Below, one piece after another: positions 1 to 23,900 of a stretch of DNA of 64,000 nucleotides; the first letter of the stretch is position 1; the number at the start of each line of letters is the position of its first letter. The notes under the pieces were generated by a model. It was not told where the DNA came from. It worked only from the letters and a program-made list of their open reading frames with translations, and searched no databases. Both the position numbers and the translations under genes were made by a program. The stretch lies in NCBI GenBank assembly GCA_965153285.1, contig OZ229111.1; one strand, given 5' to 3'. Source of the stretch: Podarcis tiliguerta (Eukaryota).

Positions 1-485
1 CAAACAACCCCCTCTTGAAATGTGAATGGTCCAAACACAGGAGCAAACCTAAAACATTATGGGCCCTTCATCACATCTATTTTGGTCCAAGGAATGAAAT
101 CACTATGATGCAAGATGCAGTGGTAGAATTCTGGACTGTGTTACTACAGGTTGCAGGTGCCAGTGGAGATCTTATTTCTGAATGCTCTCCCATGTAAGAC
201 AACCAACAAACCTGCTTGTATTAACATTAGGCAAGTACCGTCATTACACTGTTTTAAACACCTTTTAAAAGCAGCAAGCCTACGCCAACATATAATTTAG
301 TTGTATTTGTTTTTAAATTTATGCTAATTTTATCTGTATACCACTGATAATTATTTCACACTGTTTGTGTACACTACTTAGGAGAGTTTTGATTGAGCAG
401 TATAAATTCTTCTAAACAAATAAATGCAGCAGTCTAGCACATCAGGGGGAAAGATTTTGCTGTAGCTCTCTTCCTGACATGCTTG

Positions 486-491
486 TTTATT
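486..491 (-). terminator. Candidate DTX3 polyadenylation signal AATAAA
   Basis: tttatt on + strand about 410 nt beyond the DTX3 stop. Confidence 0.4.
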
Positions 492-901
492 ACATGCCTG
501 GATATGGAGTTTGTTATTATTAATGTTATTTAAACCCACACAACATATTGTCATCAAATAAAAACAAAACCCCTCCCTGCAAACATTTCGAAGTGGTACA
601 GTCCAGGACTCTACCAACTCACTCATTCTGTGTAATGTGCAGATTGACTTGAACTTTCTAACCCAGCCAATTCAAATGCAGGTCTCTAGCACAGCCTTCT
701 TTCCCATGCCTCTGTTCCCAACTCCTTCCGGCAAGAAATTCCATTCAAAATGTCATCTCAGAATGCCCAGCACTTTGCATCCTGGGTCAAGATCACACTG
801 TGAGATGCTTTGCTCTGAGAGATGAGGACGCTTTCTCCACGATTGCTGGACCAGGCAGAAACAACACACCATTCCTGGAGACACAGTGGCCGGGAGCAAG
901 A

Positions 902-11205
<10,304 letters not shown>

Positions 11206-12057
11206 GGGAGAGGCTGAGCGCGAGGACCAGCCGGATGTGGGAGTTCAGCCGAGCTGCGAATCAGAAACTGCAAAGGGAAAGAAGGGGGCGGGTTAGGTCG
11301 CGGCTGCGCCGAGAGGGAAATTGCGCGATATTTTTAGCTGCCGCGGACGAGCTTCTCTTCTTGCGCCCGAGCGCAGCGCTCCATCCAGAAGCGCGCCTGG
11401 GCAAGCGCTTCCTCAAGCCTGACTGAGACAAGGCCTTCACCTTCAATATCCCCAAAAACCTTTTCGTCTCGCCTGTTTACTGCCAAGAGTTCAATGCGTC
11501 TCACTACCTAGAGAGTTTAAAGATTGCCGTTTTGCCTCACGTTACCCGGGCATTTCCATTTTGCTTTCGGGCGCAATCCTAGGTACACTTACCTGGAAGT
11601 AAACCACGCAGAACTCCGCCATGCATAGGATTGCGCTGGAAAGGATTAGGGCAGATCAGCATCTGCTTCTGCACTTGAGGCGCAATCCTGTCTTTGTCTA
11701 CCAGAGAGTTTAAAGAGGTAACACCCTCAACTAAGAGGGTTATAGGATTGCAACCTTACCGTGCTTATGAAGTTCAATGAGAGTTAGGTGCTTGTGTGTA
11801 CAAGATTGCAGCTTTAGTGATTTGTAAAATTCGGCCTAATAAAGGATTGTTTCACTGAGCCTTTTGGGATGCAGAAGTTCTTCGCTCCTGAATTTGTCTT
11901 CAGAGCACGAGTCCAAATTTAGAGTTTATGCAATAGTTTTATTCTTATTTCACTACAACATATATATTCTGACTTCTGTGTGATATTAAATGAGCTAGTG
12001 ACACAATTTTAAACTGCAAATGCAAAAATAGCATTACAATAAGGAATTAAGGTGCCA

Positions 12058-12059
<2 letters not shown>

Positions 12060-12090
<31 letters not shown>
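12060..12090. repeat. (TG)n microsatellite
   Basis: Directly visible. Confidence 0.95.
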
Positions 12091-12091
<1 letters not shown>

Positions 12092-12196
12092 AGAACTTGC
12101 CCTTACCATCATGTACTGGCCACAGCTCTTCCTTACACACCCAAAGAACAAAGCTTAAGATGGGCTAGTGGTTAGATTAGACCTATCTGTAACCCA

Positions 12197-12555
12197 GGGA
12201 TGCGGGTGGCGCTGTGGGTAAAAGCCTCAGCGCCTAGGGCTTGCCGATCGAAAGGTCGGCGGTTCGAATCCCCGCGGCGGGGTGCGCTCCCGCTGTTCGG
12301 TCCCAGCGCCTGCCAACCTAGCAGTTCGAAAGCACTCTCAGGTGCAAGTAGATAAATAGGGACCGCTTAGTAGCGGGAAGGTAAACGGCGTTTCCGTGTG
12401 CGGCTCTGGCTCGCCAGAGCAGCGATGTCACGCTGGCCACGTGACCCGGAAGTGTCTTCGGACAGCGCTGGCCCCCGGCCTCTTAAGTGAGATGGGCGCA
12501 CAACCCTAGAGTCTGTCAAGACTGGCCCGTACGGGCAGGGGTACCTTTACCTTTT
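12197..12555 (+). mobile_element. Sauria SINE, full length
   Basis: gggatgcgggtggcgctgtggg head, B-box ggttcgaatcc, (acctt)n tail; TSD tatctgtaaccca. Confidence 0.9.
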
Positions 12556-12735
12556 TATCTGTAACCCAGAAGCTGGTTTTGAATGCTCATTCTAAGGTAT
12601 CCTTGCCTGTTCTGCTACCACAGACCATTAAAATAATCACTTAAGAGCCTTCTCCCAATTACATCAGTACTGCCCCATTCTACTGCATTATTATTGTCTC
12701 ATCTGCACTACACATTTAAATCAGTATCGCTCCGT

Positions 12736-12803
12736 GCCTGGCGTGCTCTGGTCCATGGGGTCACGAAGAGTCGGACCCGACTGAACGACTAAACAACAAC
12801 AAC
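12736..12803 (+). mobile_element. BovB/RTE 3' tail
   Basis: cctggcgtgctctggtccatggggtcacgaagagtcggac...(caa)n. Confidence 0.75.
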
Positions 12804-13363
12804 CACTTTAAACAGTCATGGCTTCCAGGGCCGTCTTAAGCATATCTGGTGTCGTTCCGGCGCTGGTGCCCACCCCCACCCCACCCCTGGTTTCCAATAG
12901 TTTTTTAGGAAGGACGGTGCTGCCGGTGGGGCTGGAGGCGGGCAGTGGCTGGAGGGTGGCTCCTCCCGCAGGGAAGAGGCAGAGGCTGGAAATGGCGCCT
13001 CCTGGCTCAGCTGGCCGCTTCGTGCCATGGTGGCCACGGCAGATGGAGGCTCCGGGCACAGCGCTGCTTTGGTGTGGCATGGCGGAGGCAGGCGAGGGTG
13101 GCGAGCTGATGCTAGGAGATGCCACGTCCAGCCTCTGCCTCTTCCCTGGCACCCTCCAGAACTTGGTGCCCTGGTGCCCCATGCCAGTAGCCTCTATGGG
13201 TAAGATGCCCCTAATGGCTTCCCCCCAAGTATCCTTGAGTTCGTTAAGGGTACTGAGAGTTGCTAGGAGATCCCCATTCCCACCACAGAGCTGAAAACCA
13301 ATCCCCAAAGATGATGGCAGGGTCATATCACTGTACAGAGTTGCTGGGAGCTATGTAGAATAC

Positions 13364-13435
13364 CCTGGCGTGGCGTGCTCTGGTCCATGGGGGTCATGAA
13401 GAGTCGGACGCAACTAAACGACTAAACAACAAGAA
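13364..13435 (+). mobile_element. BovB/RTE 3' tail
   Basis: Second copy of the same tail. Confidence 0.7.
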
Positions 13436-13921
13436 GAACATGTAGAATACCCAGCGCAGACCTGGAAGAGGAAGAGGTCTACTGACATCCTGACTGGAGC
13501 TCTTTCAAGTGCAACTCTTGGATGACCTCAGACATGGCTGGAAAATGCTTTTGGTGGCGTCGTGTGGGTGGGTGCTGCAATTCATCAAAAGTTTCTTTGC
13601 CTGGAAGAGAGCCTTACTTCACCATTTCCAAAGCCAATCTTGCAGGAACATTGGTTGGTTCGTGAGAAAAAGCCACCATTCTACCTATTTTGTGAAAGCT
13701 TGAACAAATCTGCAACAACTGCCTATGTAGCAAGCTCAACTCACCTGGATTTCCTTCCAGTTCTGGGGGTAGACCAGGTACAAATCTCACTTGCAGGGCT
13801 CTCTACCTAAGTAAGGGGGATGTTTTCATGGGTGTAATGTTGTAACTCGCTCTTGGATCCCTTTGTAGGCATGAAGAGCAGGCTATAAATATCTGAAGTA
13901 ATTAGTAAGTTTTATTGGAGA

Positions 13922-14095
13922 GGGCTATAGCTCAGTGGTAGAGCACATGCCTTGCCTGAAAAAGGCTCCAGGTTCCACCTCTCGTGTTTGGGAGACTCTC
14001 CTGAAATCCTGCCTGTCAGTGTCAACAATACTGAGCTAGACTGGTGGCTGCAGCCAATGGTCTGACTTGGTATAAGGCAGCTCCCTATGTTCCTA
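13922..14095 (+). mobile_element. tRNA-derived SINE (related copies about 46135-46340 +, 28640-28800 -)
   Basis: tagctcagtggtagagc A-box head; tataaggcagct...tatgttccta tail. Confidence 0.65.
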
Positions 14096-14771
14096 AATGC
14101 TGAGATCCCAGGTGCTGCAAAGCTTCCTTGTCCTGGAAGTCTTTATGGAGCTTTTGCCTGGACCAAATTGGGGAGGGGGGAACAAGAAGGAATGAGGGCA
14201 AGAGATGGTGAGCCAACTCTCTTCCTGCTGCATAGGTCACCACACCACCCTTTCCAAATACACTAGAGCTGAGGAAACAAAACAAAAACCCATCGAGATC
14301 ACACAAAAATCAAGTAGGTCTGTGCAGTCACTTGTGGTTTGGAAGGATCTTGAAGGAACAAACCCAGCTCATAATGAGTTCAACTCTACAACTAAACAGT
14401 TGAGAACTCTACTACGACAACAACAACCAACCAACCAACCAACCACACACACAGTTTTCCATCACCACAGGCCAGGCACCATACAGGAAACACTACTAAC
14501 TCAATCCTAACAGCTGCACTGAGTCATTATTGGATCTTTAGTAGAGGGAAAACACCACCACAGGATTTGGGAATACTGGATATGCCTTGAAAGATCACAG
14601 GGGAACAGTTGGGGTGGGGTGATTTTCCATCTCTATTTTCTGGTACCATCAGTATGGAGGCCAAGGCATTTACCCTTTGTCAACAGCAACACCACAGGTA
14701 GCCTTTAATCCTCTGTACCAGCAAATATGGGACAGCCAGTGAGGGCAGTCCAGTAGCAAAGGACCCAATCT

Positions 14772-15850
14772 TAGAATCATAGAGTTGGAAAGGACCCAAG
14801 GGTCATCTAGTCCAACCCCCTGCAATGCAGGAATCTCAGATAAAGCATCCAGGACACATGGCCATCCAACCTCTGCTTAAAAGCCTTCAAAGAAGGAGAG
14901 CCCACAACTTGCCAAGGGAGACCGTTCCTCTGTCAAACAGCTCTTACCTTCAGAAAGTTCTTCCTGATGTTTAGTCAGAATCTCCTATCTTGTAACTTCA
15001 AGCCATTGGTTCAAGTCCTACCATCCAGAGCAGGAGAAAACAAGCTTGCTCCATTTTCTTTGTGATAGCCCTTGAGATATTTGAGGATGGCTATCATATC
15101 TCCCCTCAGTCTGCTTTCCCCCCAGGCTAAGCATACCCAGCTCCTTCAACCTTTCCTCATAAGGCTTGGTTTCCAGATCCTTGATCATCTTGGTTGCCCT
15201 CCTCGACACATGTCAACATCCTTCTTAACTTTCCAGAACTGGAAACAGTATTCCAGGTGTGGCCTGACCAAGGCAGAATAGAATGGTACTATTACTTCTC
15301 TTGATCTGGACACTATGTTGATGCCGCCTAAAATAGCATTAGCTTTTCTTTGCTGCTGCATCACACTGTTGACTCATTTTCTTAGCTTGTGGTCCACCAA
15401 GATGCCTAGAACCTTTCCACCTGTACTGCTAGTAAGCCAGGTGTCCCCCCATTCTATATTTGTGCATCTGGTTCTTCCTGCCTAAGTGCAGAACCTGACA
15501 TTTGTCCCTACTGAAATTCATTTTGTTAGCTTGTGCCCAGTTCTCCAATCTGTTAAAGTCATTTTGAATTCTGATTCTGTCTTCTGTGTTAGCTACCCCT
15601 CCCAGTTTGGTGTCATGAGCAGATTTGATGAGCATCCCCTAAATTCCTTCATCCAAGACATGTATAAAGGCGTTGAACAACAACGGGCCCAGGACACAAC
15701 CTTGCGGCACCCCACTTGTCACTTTTCCCCAGGGTGACAAGGAACCATTAATGAATACTCTTTGGGTTCGGTCAGTCCACCAGCTACAAATCCACTTAAC
15801 AGTTACCTTGTTTAGTCCACATTTTACGGGATTCTTTACAAGAATATTAT
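14772..15850 (-). mobile_element. Older CR1 3' fragment (frameshifted RT)
   Basis: tagaatcatagagttggaa tail; peptides RRATKMIKDLETKPYEERLKELG and [10 protein letters not shown] in broken frames. Confidence 0.9.
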
Positions 15851-16499
15851 AAGGGGGGGGGGGTTCAATTTATATTTCTGCCACTTGAGAATGGGGAATT
15901 TTAGCATGCATGGCTTTCCCCACCTCTGTGTCCTGATGAGAAATCATGCTTGTTAAAAGGGTTTTGTTTTGTTTTTTTGCATAGCCATGAAGTGTACAGC
16001 AGCCCTGCTCCCTATTTCATCTGGACACTTCTACCTACGTGACCTTGGGCACAGCAGGGCCTTTACATTTCAACAGGCCTCACCTGTACAATAAGGATAA
16101 AAGGCCCCAGCCCACCGCCACTGCGATGGAGGAAAAAGGAAAACAAACATGGAGTGGAGGGGGGAATAGAAGAAAAGAAAGCTACTGCAATTGGGTGGGG
16201 TTGGGGAGTGAGAGAGAAAATCACCTTTCAGGGTGGCTCCCTGCCCCTGGGTATGTGGGGGGTGAGAGAGATTTCTATATCAATCCATCCATCCCCCCCC
16301 CTCAAATCTGGGTGCAGCTGCCAGTCTTAGCAGGCTGCCTCCTCCATTCATCGGGGTTGTTTATCAAAGAGGAGGCCCAGCAGCCTTCACTCCCTTGAAG
16401 AAACCGGGATAAAAACGGAACAAAGGGGAAGGGCGGGGGGAGTTGGGGTGAAAGACAATGCCTGGGAAAATAAGGCTTTATTTCTCCATTCCTCTTCCA

Positions 16500-17850
16500 C
16501 ACGTCCCCGGCCCAGAGTGCGCATCAATACAGCTTCATCCCCATCCCCGCCCCAGCTCCAAAGAGCCCCCCACCCCACTGCACCCCGCCCTGTTTTCCAG
16601 AGCCCTTCCCCGCCACCCTCAGGGCGAAAGACCCGAAACACGACGCGCAACAGGGAATGACAAAATGTGTCCATCTCCGCACCTTCGCCTGATGAGAAAC
16701 AAGGTGGGCAGTCAAGTTTCCTCCTCACTTGACCCAGTTCTGCCTCGGCCCAAGACCGCCTCGCCTGGGTGGGTGGGGGGGGCGGCCGAGGGAGGCGAAT
16801 AGAAAGCGCTTTCCCTGCCCGCCTCCGCGATTCGGAGACGCCTGACAGGTAGACGAGCAGGCAGCGCGACGGGCTCCTCGTTACATAAAGCCCCGCAAAC
16901 AAAAAGCCCCTCCGCGCCCCCCCCCCAAAGATGAGGGAACCCATTTGGTAACGTGCCCCCCCCCCGCCTGTGTGTGTGTACACAACGCAACCGCACGCGC
17001 GCACACCCGCCCTCCCCGCCAAACAACCCTCCCAGGCAACACCCCGCTGCAAAGCCAGCTGGCAGCAGCGCACAATGAAGATGCCGCCGCAGCTGCTGGC
17101 CTCGACGGCCGCCCGAATGTGCAGACGAGGCCCGGTCAATGCACCGCATTCTCGTCCTTCTTTTAACTGAACCGAGAAAAAGCAGCAGCAGCAACTGCAG
17201 CGCCAGCCCCGCACCCGCCGCCCGCCCGCCCGCCGCGCTCCCCGCGCAAAAAGCGCCGCGCTCTCGCAAGCGGGCTCCGCGCGCGCCCGCCCGCCCCCTC
17301 CTCTCCCCCCGGAGGCGGCGGCGGCGGCGGCGGCACCCACCATAGCGGAGCATCCGAGGCTGGCGAGGAAACTCCGTCCATCGGAAGCTTGGCCCGGGCT
17401 GCGCTGGCGAAGGCGGAGGAGCGGGCGAGCGAGCGGAGGACGACGACGAGGCGGCCTTTGGCGCGCCCAGGTGCCGCGGGGTTGCTGCTGCCGCCGCTCA
17501 GCGCCGCGCTCCCCGCCAAGCAGCCATCGCCGGGCGCGTCACGTGGCGCCCGCTTGGTGCCGGAATGGTGGTCATAGCCATAGCAACACCGCGACGTGGC
17601 TGCGGAGAGAGCGCGAGGCCCGGCCGGCTGCGCGCGCGGGAGAGGTGGGCGGCGGGAAGGAGGAGGGGGGGAAAGCGGCAGCAGCAGCAGCTCACGACAT
17701 CCTCCTCTCACGGCCGCCCCACAGCTCGGAAGTGGCGACGCAGCCCGATCCTATCGCTGCGCCCCCTTGCTCAGAAACACGCCCCCCCCCCCCGTTACTG
17801 GGACCCGCGCCCAGTAAATTGGCAGCCCCCCTCCCCGCCCGCCTGGCTCT
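16500..17850. promoter_or_regulatory. Large CpG island between the PIP4K2C 3' end and DTX3; probable distal DTX3 promoter
   Basis: Very GC/CpG-rich, GGC/GCA triplet runs, GTCACGTGG E-box at 17538-17546, CGGAAGT ETS motif near 17727, several minus-strand splice donors. Confidence 0.75.
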
Positions 17851-18535
17851 GCTTTTATCCAGAAGAGTGATGGAGGAGCTCTTACAATCACAATCGTTAC
17901 AGGTGCAACCCCGTGCGCCCTCACTTGAGAATAAACCCCAGGGAATAAACCCGTATAGATGAATGGCACACTGCTCTGTATTGCAAGTGCCATGGAGCTC
18001 AAGGCAATCTTGGGATGACGCCACTCCTGTGGAAGCTTGCTCAGAAGTAAACCTGGAGGTGTCCTGTGCAGCTTCTGTCGTCTTCTCCATGATCTTCACA
18101 ATCCCTTGCTAAGCATAGCTTGGCGTTAGCCTTCTATAGTAGTAGATCAGCAAGGCAGACGTAGGCCTATCTAGCTGCTTGCCTAAGGCCAGCTGGCAAG
18201 CCTGCAACTGGGACAAGATTTGAATCCAGGAACTTCTTGGCTCACATCCTCGGCTACTACACCAGCTCTCAGGCTAGCTATACTAATTTTCTGAATGGCT
18301 ATAAAGATTGGCAGCAATGAATAGTAAGGAGGCCGCAGCAATGGGTATTTAGGCACTCTGTTTTAATTCATTTAGGCTCACTGCATTCCACCCGGGCACT
18401 CTTCGTGTTCCATGGAGGTGGGCACTTGGAAAAGCAAGAGACAGCATTTACATCTAATAACAGGAGAGCACGCTCCAGCAGCACGGGCCAGCCTCTCCGT
18501 CTATTGCATTCAAAGATGTTAAGGCAGTAGATGTG

Positions 18536-19199
18536 TTTATTTGATCAAATATACAGGCTGAGGATTGCTTCTAGTCTGCACTAAATTCTGCACTACCGTT
18601 GCAAAGGATGGTAGTCTTTCTGGATGCATGAACACAAGATTTATTATGTATGAAGCCTGAGAGTGAAAGAGGCACCATGGCACTTGGAAAAGGCAGGGCA
18701 GCCAACAACCAGGGCACAGGTTCCAAAACTATTTTCAGTGAGAAAGTTCAAGCCAGGACAATTAAGCAGCACATAATAAAGGCAAGTGCATCCCAAGTAA
18801 TATGGGCATCATCTTCCCCCTAATTAATCCTGGCTGCCAGCAGTAATAATGATTTTTGTGTCCAGAACCATCGCCATGGCCAGTACAGGCATGCAAAGCG
18901 ACCAATATTAGGGATTGTGTAAGCATTTTCTCTTTGCTACTGGGGTACAGTTTTTAGTCCAAACGAGCAAGAGCAGCCTTGTCCTTCCGCTGGGCTTCTC
19001 CCATGCTGGCAGAATAGGAGCAGCTCAGGTACAGCTGGATTTTTGCATGCAGACAACTTCTGGTTCAATAATTTATTTCTATGTGATACAAGAGTGAACT
19101 GGAAATACACAACGTCTTATACAATAAGAAACATTGAAAAGGGGCTGATAGTACAACAGCCCCAGGGCACAAGCATGTTTCCATGGCACAAGCTTTATT
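18536..19199 (-). terminator. Cluster of candidate PIP4K2C polyadenylation signals
   Basis: Minus-strand AATAAA at 19194-19199, 19072-19077 and 18536-18541, 1.7-2.4 kb past the stop. Confidence 0.4.
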
Positions 19200-20891
19200 G
19201 CATTGAAGGAATGGCATCAAGTCCCAGCAGAACCACAATATTGGGGGCAGAGGGGAGGGAACTGATGGAACAGCATAGCACTACCCCGAGTTCTAGGCCT
19301 AAAGCAGCCAGCTGGGTGGCTGTGCCACTGTCAGAGCCGGCCATAAGCCTCTCTCCTTACCAGAACAGCTGCCATGGCGTGTTAAGATGGTGCGCCAGGC
19401 CAGGAAGAGCAACTGGCCTGTGATCAACTTTGACAGCTGTGCTCTGCTGAACTAATGAATACACTATTACAGAGGGATGTTCTCTTTAAGACACCTCACA
19501 GCTCCTTGGCATATAAACTGCTTCCTCAGAGAGCCCCATCACACAGCTACTGACAGACAGATTGACATCCTTCAGCATATAAGTTTGTTAGTTCAGAAGG
19601 AAACATTTAGGGCCCCTTTCACAAGATTGTGCACACACACACATAATGTTTCTGAAAACGCCCCCGTCCTGGGCATGGCATTTCCACATCATCCTGTCCC
19701 CAAAAGCTATGCTAAAATAGGGAACGGATAAGGCTTTCGCCTTGACATTTTCTGGAGGCTTCAACTGGACAAGCTATCTTTGGGTGGAGCTGGGAAGCCA
19801 GGACTTTCTACAGTCACAGGCCTTACTAGTGAGCAGAGCTACTCAACACAGTCTGGTACATACTGAAGCAAGGGGAACAGCTGGATGCAATATATTACAC
19901 AGGGCCAGAATAATTCTGTCTCTTCTCCCCTACACACACCCATCTGCCTCTGCCAAAGCAGGCACAGCAAGCCACCTAGAGGACATTCTCAAATCCCCAC
20001 GGGCAGCCCCGAAGTAGCTCCCAAACCCTGAATCAGTTCTAATCCTCCTTTGGAGTGATGGCTGAGGGAGAATCATAGGACTTCTGAAAGCAGCCCTTCG
20101 TGGAAGAGGCTCTTGTCGTAAGGAGCAGAACTTTGGCAACAAGGTTTAGTGGAGGCTGCACTGCTGGGGGTGAGAACTGGAGTGCTAGGCTCACAGGATG
20201 CTCATCAGAGCCTCTGCTATTTACTGGAGTGCTAGAAGGAGCCAACACCACTCAGGAGGGGTGGGTTACAGCACAACCTTCCAGCAAGGGGTGGTAAAGA
20301 ATAAGGAGGAGGACCTTGAAACACCGAGGCACTACCACTGGGTATCATGGGGTAAGCTAATATATACTATCAGTCACCCTCAGAGGGAATTGATTGCATA
20401 AATGGGGAAGAATCCACTTGACCCCCTTCTTTCAAGGCACAAGACTAAATTCTTATTGCATATTATTCTGTCTCTGAATAAAATACCATTAAACCTTATG
20501 TGCGAGCTTAGATCCTGCCCTGACCAGAGTCACCAATGTAGCGTGTACCCTGTACAGTTTAGAATATCAATGCTGGGATGAATCTGAAGCCAGCCATCTT
20601 TCTCCTGCTTAGGCTGCCTTCAAAAGCAGCAACCTCTTTAGTGCTCTGGACGGTTGTTCATCCCGACGGAAGGTCAAAGATAAGGCACTTGATTCAGCAG
20701 CCATCCCCCAGACCAGCCACAATGGGGCTCAAGTCAACCCAACTCTCCTGCTGACCCAAACAGCAGGGGGGGAAACCATCCCTCTTACTGAGAATTGGGG
20801 TGGGGGAGAGAGGGAGAACTACAGGTGGGGGGAGGAGGGCAGGAAAGCCTTTGATCTGAAGCTTCAGCCAACAAGACAGACTGCACAACTG

Positions 20892-20972
20892 CTAAGCAAA
20901 TACATTCGTGACGAAGTCCAGAAAGCGCTTGGCATATTGTTCTGGATGCACCGTGGAGATCTCTGCACCAGC
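20892..20972 (-). CDS. PIP4K2C: PIP4K2C exon 10 coding part
   Basis: [26 protein letters not shown] (TAG 20894-20892). Confidence 0.96.
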   Translation of the reverse strand, partial: AGAEISTVHPEQYAKRFLDFVTNVFA

Positions 20973-23900
20973 CTGAAAAGGAAGACAAAGTGTCAACAAC
21001 CACCATAAAATGCCCCTATCTTTCCACACACACTGGGAAAAATAACAGTTTGAGGAGCGAATATATTGGAAGGGCAGGGAAGAGAGAACATCTGAGCAGA
21101 AGTCTGAAAATGGCCTTGATCAACCATTTCTCTCACACACATGTGCTTTACAATGTCTCCTTTGGCATTATATAACCCCCAACCCTGGCCTAGTTTAGTA
21201 CTGATGCCACTTTATTTCAAGGAAGTGCCTCTGGCACAAAAAGGATTAAGCCAATTATGCAATAAAAATGACTTCGGAATAAATCATTCACACGGTGTGA
21301 CATTTTTATCACCCCATACCCTGAAGATGATGCTGTCTCACCAGTCCACCTTTTTTGGTCTCTAGGTTGTGGCTACCGTCACCACTATGGATGCTATGAA
21401 ACTGACCAGAAGTCTGGAAATCCTCACGTAGGTGATGTAGTTGACTCTTTGATTTAGTAAGGCTAGGTGGGGGCCACCAGAGTCCACACCTAGGGGGCCC
21501 ATTGTGAAGAACTGTGCAGGCCAGACTCACCCCGTGCTTGACGGTCTTAGCTGCATGGGCAGCCTTCTTCTTGGCATCATACTGTGTGAGGATGTCAATC
21601 AGGCCCATGAAATAAACCTCCTTCTGGGGGCTATCTGGAAAAGTAAAGAGAGTCGATGAAGCTCATGGGCACTGCTACCCTCTGCATTCCACCACATACA
21701 CACACACACACACACCTCATGCCATGAGGCTCTTTCTGCACTGGATTCCAACAGGGCAAAATGCGAGTTACCAAATCTTAGGACGGGGTGGGGGCAGGAG
21801 GGAACCTGTCAGCACTCCCCCCCCCCCAATGCATAAAACTACACAGTCAAGGGTACATGGGACGTAAGTAGGAATTAATAGGATGCACCAAACCAAAGTA
21901 GCATAAGAACTGAAAAACGTCCAATAACTCAAGAAAGTGAAACAAGCTCAAGCTGGGAGGAAAGACAAAAAAAGCCACATAAGGAACATTAGATTATATC
22001 AGTTAAATTTGGGAAGAATCCCTTCCTGCCCCAAGTATAGCAAACAATTCAAGAATGATTAATTCATCTTCTACATGTTTCTTCCTAAAGAAGCCTGCAT
22101 TTTACAGATGAAGCCACCGCATTATCCAGAAAATACTACAGTGGCAGGAAGTAAACTTCAGAATCCCTATTATCAAATCTGACTCCTCTCCAGGAAGCAG
22201 ATATCCACCTGGCTCGCCCACAGCAAGGGCTGTGCGTGCCACCCTCTCTCCCACAAGCCACATTTTCTGCAGTCAAAACTAAGCAAGTTGAGCAGATGTA
22301 CACATCTTCTTATTTGTGTGTAGTTTAGCTGGCATTTAGATTCCACATTTAAGAAAGACCCAAAGGAGGAAGGAGTGATGACTTGAAAGAAGAGAAGTCT
22401 GGCTCAGAGGGCCAGACAGGACTTCCAAGACCTAGTTTTTAACGGAAGAGTCTCTCATGAAGCTCTTGTGTCTTGTGTCCTATGAAGCTCTTCAGGATCA
22501 CAACAGGATCCATATAAGGCAAAAAAATGGAAGCTTGTTCATGGGTATCTTGTGTAAATCTGTTTGACATCTCAGATCGTAGCAGGCACTAGCTGATACA
22601 GCTTTTCTGTGCGCCCCCAAGGGCTACAAACTTTTATTAAAAATTAAAAGGCGTTGAAATTTGGTGCCAAAGGGTAGATAACATACTTGCACTACAATCT
22701 TGCTGATGCATGCATACACACAACAATCTAGTCAAGTTCTGTCTCTGATTTCTGCAGTTTTCTTCCCCAGTTAACTCCACAGCATTCATGGTAAAACTCT
22801 CTTTTAGCCATGTTTGCATGCCATGGTAAAAGGTAAAGGTAAAGGGACCCCTGACCATTAGGTCCAGTCGTGACCGACTCTGGGGTTGCGGCACTCATCT
22901 CGCTTTATTGGTCAAGGGAGCCAGCGTACAGCTTCTGGGTCATGTGGCCAGCATGACTAAGCCGCTTTTGGCAAACCAGAGCAGCGCATGGAAACGCCGT
23001 TTACCTTCCCGCCGGAGCGGTACCTATTTATCTACTTGCACTTTGGCGTGCTTTTGAACTGCTAGGTTGGCAGGAGCTGGGACCGAGCAACAGGAGCTCA
23101 CCCTATCGCGGGGATTCAAACCGCCGACCTTCTGATCAGCATGTCCTAGGCTCTGTGGTTTAACCCACAGCACCACCGTTAAGCATAGTTAACCATGAGT
23201 GTGTAAATGACTCCTACTTCACTTCTCTACAAGCGGGAGCAACAAACCAGGATCCCTGGGTTAGGTCTAGTGTTTTATCTGAATTGGGGAATGTGGTTTG
23301 TTTCACAGAAGCAAATAGCAAATAGAAGTCAAAAACAAACCTTAGCTTCTTGTCATGGTTTGTTTGGGGGTGGGGGGAACGAGCTAGTTGAGACACAAAA
23401 CCTAAAACAAGGATTGTGGTTTGCAGCTTCCACAAGGGTGGGGGCAAAGGGAGAGCTGTTATAGATTGCCGCAATGTGTAAATAATTGACTGGAATATTG
23501 CCCTTCCGTGAAATATGCAATCAAAGGCACAAAGTAGGCAGACTGACTCCTGTGTCACAGAGGATAATTAAGGTGTTTTGACTAAAGACAAAGTTGACTT
23601 GTGGGAAGTTCCCTCTTGTCCTTACTTACTTTCAGCACTTTTTATGGCATAGACATCAATGTACGGGTCAAAGTCACCAGGTCCCAAAGGCTTGTGGGAG
23701 TTGAGATAGCTGCCAATACCCTCAGGAGAAGTTCCATAGGAACCTACTGATGCCACACCCCCAGGTTCCCCCTCTCCATCCTCCTCTTCCTCTTTCACAT
23801 CCTCATCTTCTTCCTGTTCAGCTCGTTGCACGTCATGGATCCCCAACAGTAGGCTGTAGTCCATAATCTTTAGTTGCACTAGGAACTGAACATATGGACA

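Noticed and set aside
16387-17962. Long overlapping ORFs (318, 213, 182, 163 aa) in the CpG island
   Set aside because: Low-complexity Ala/Gly/Arg/Pro translations on both strands are expected from stop-poor GC-rich DNA; no recognisable domain.
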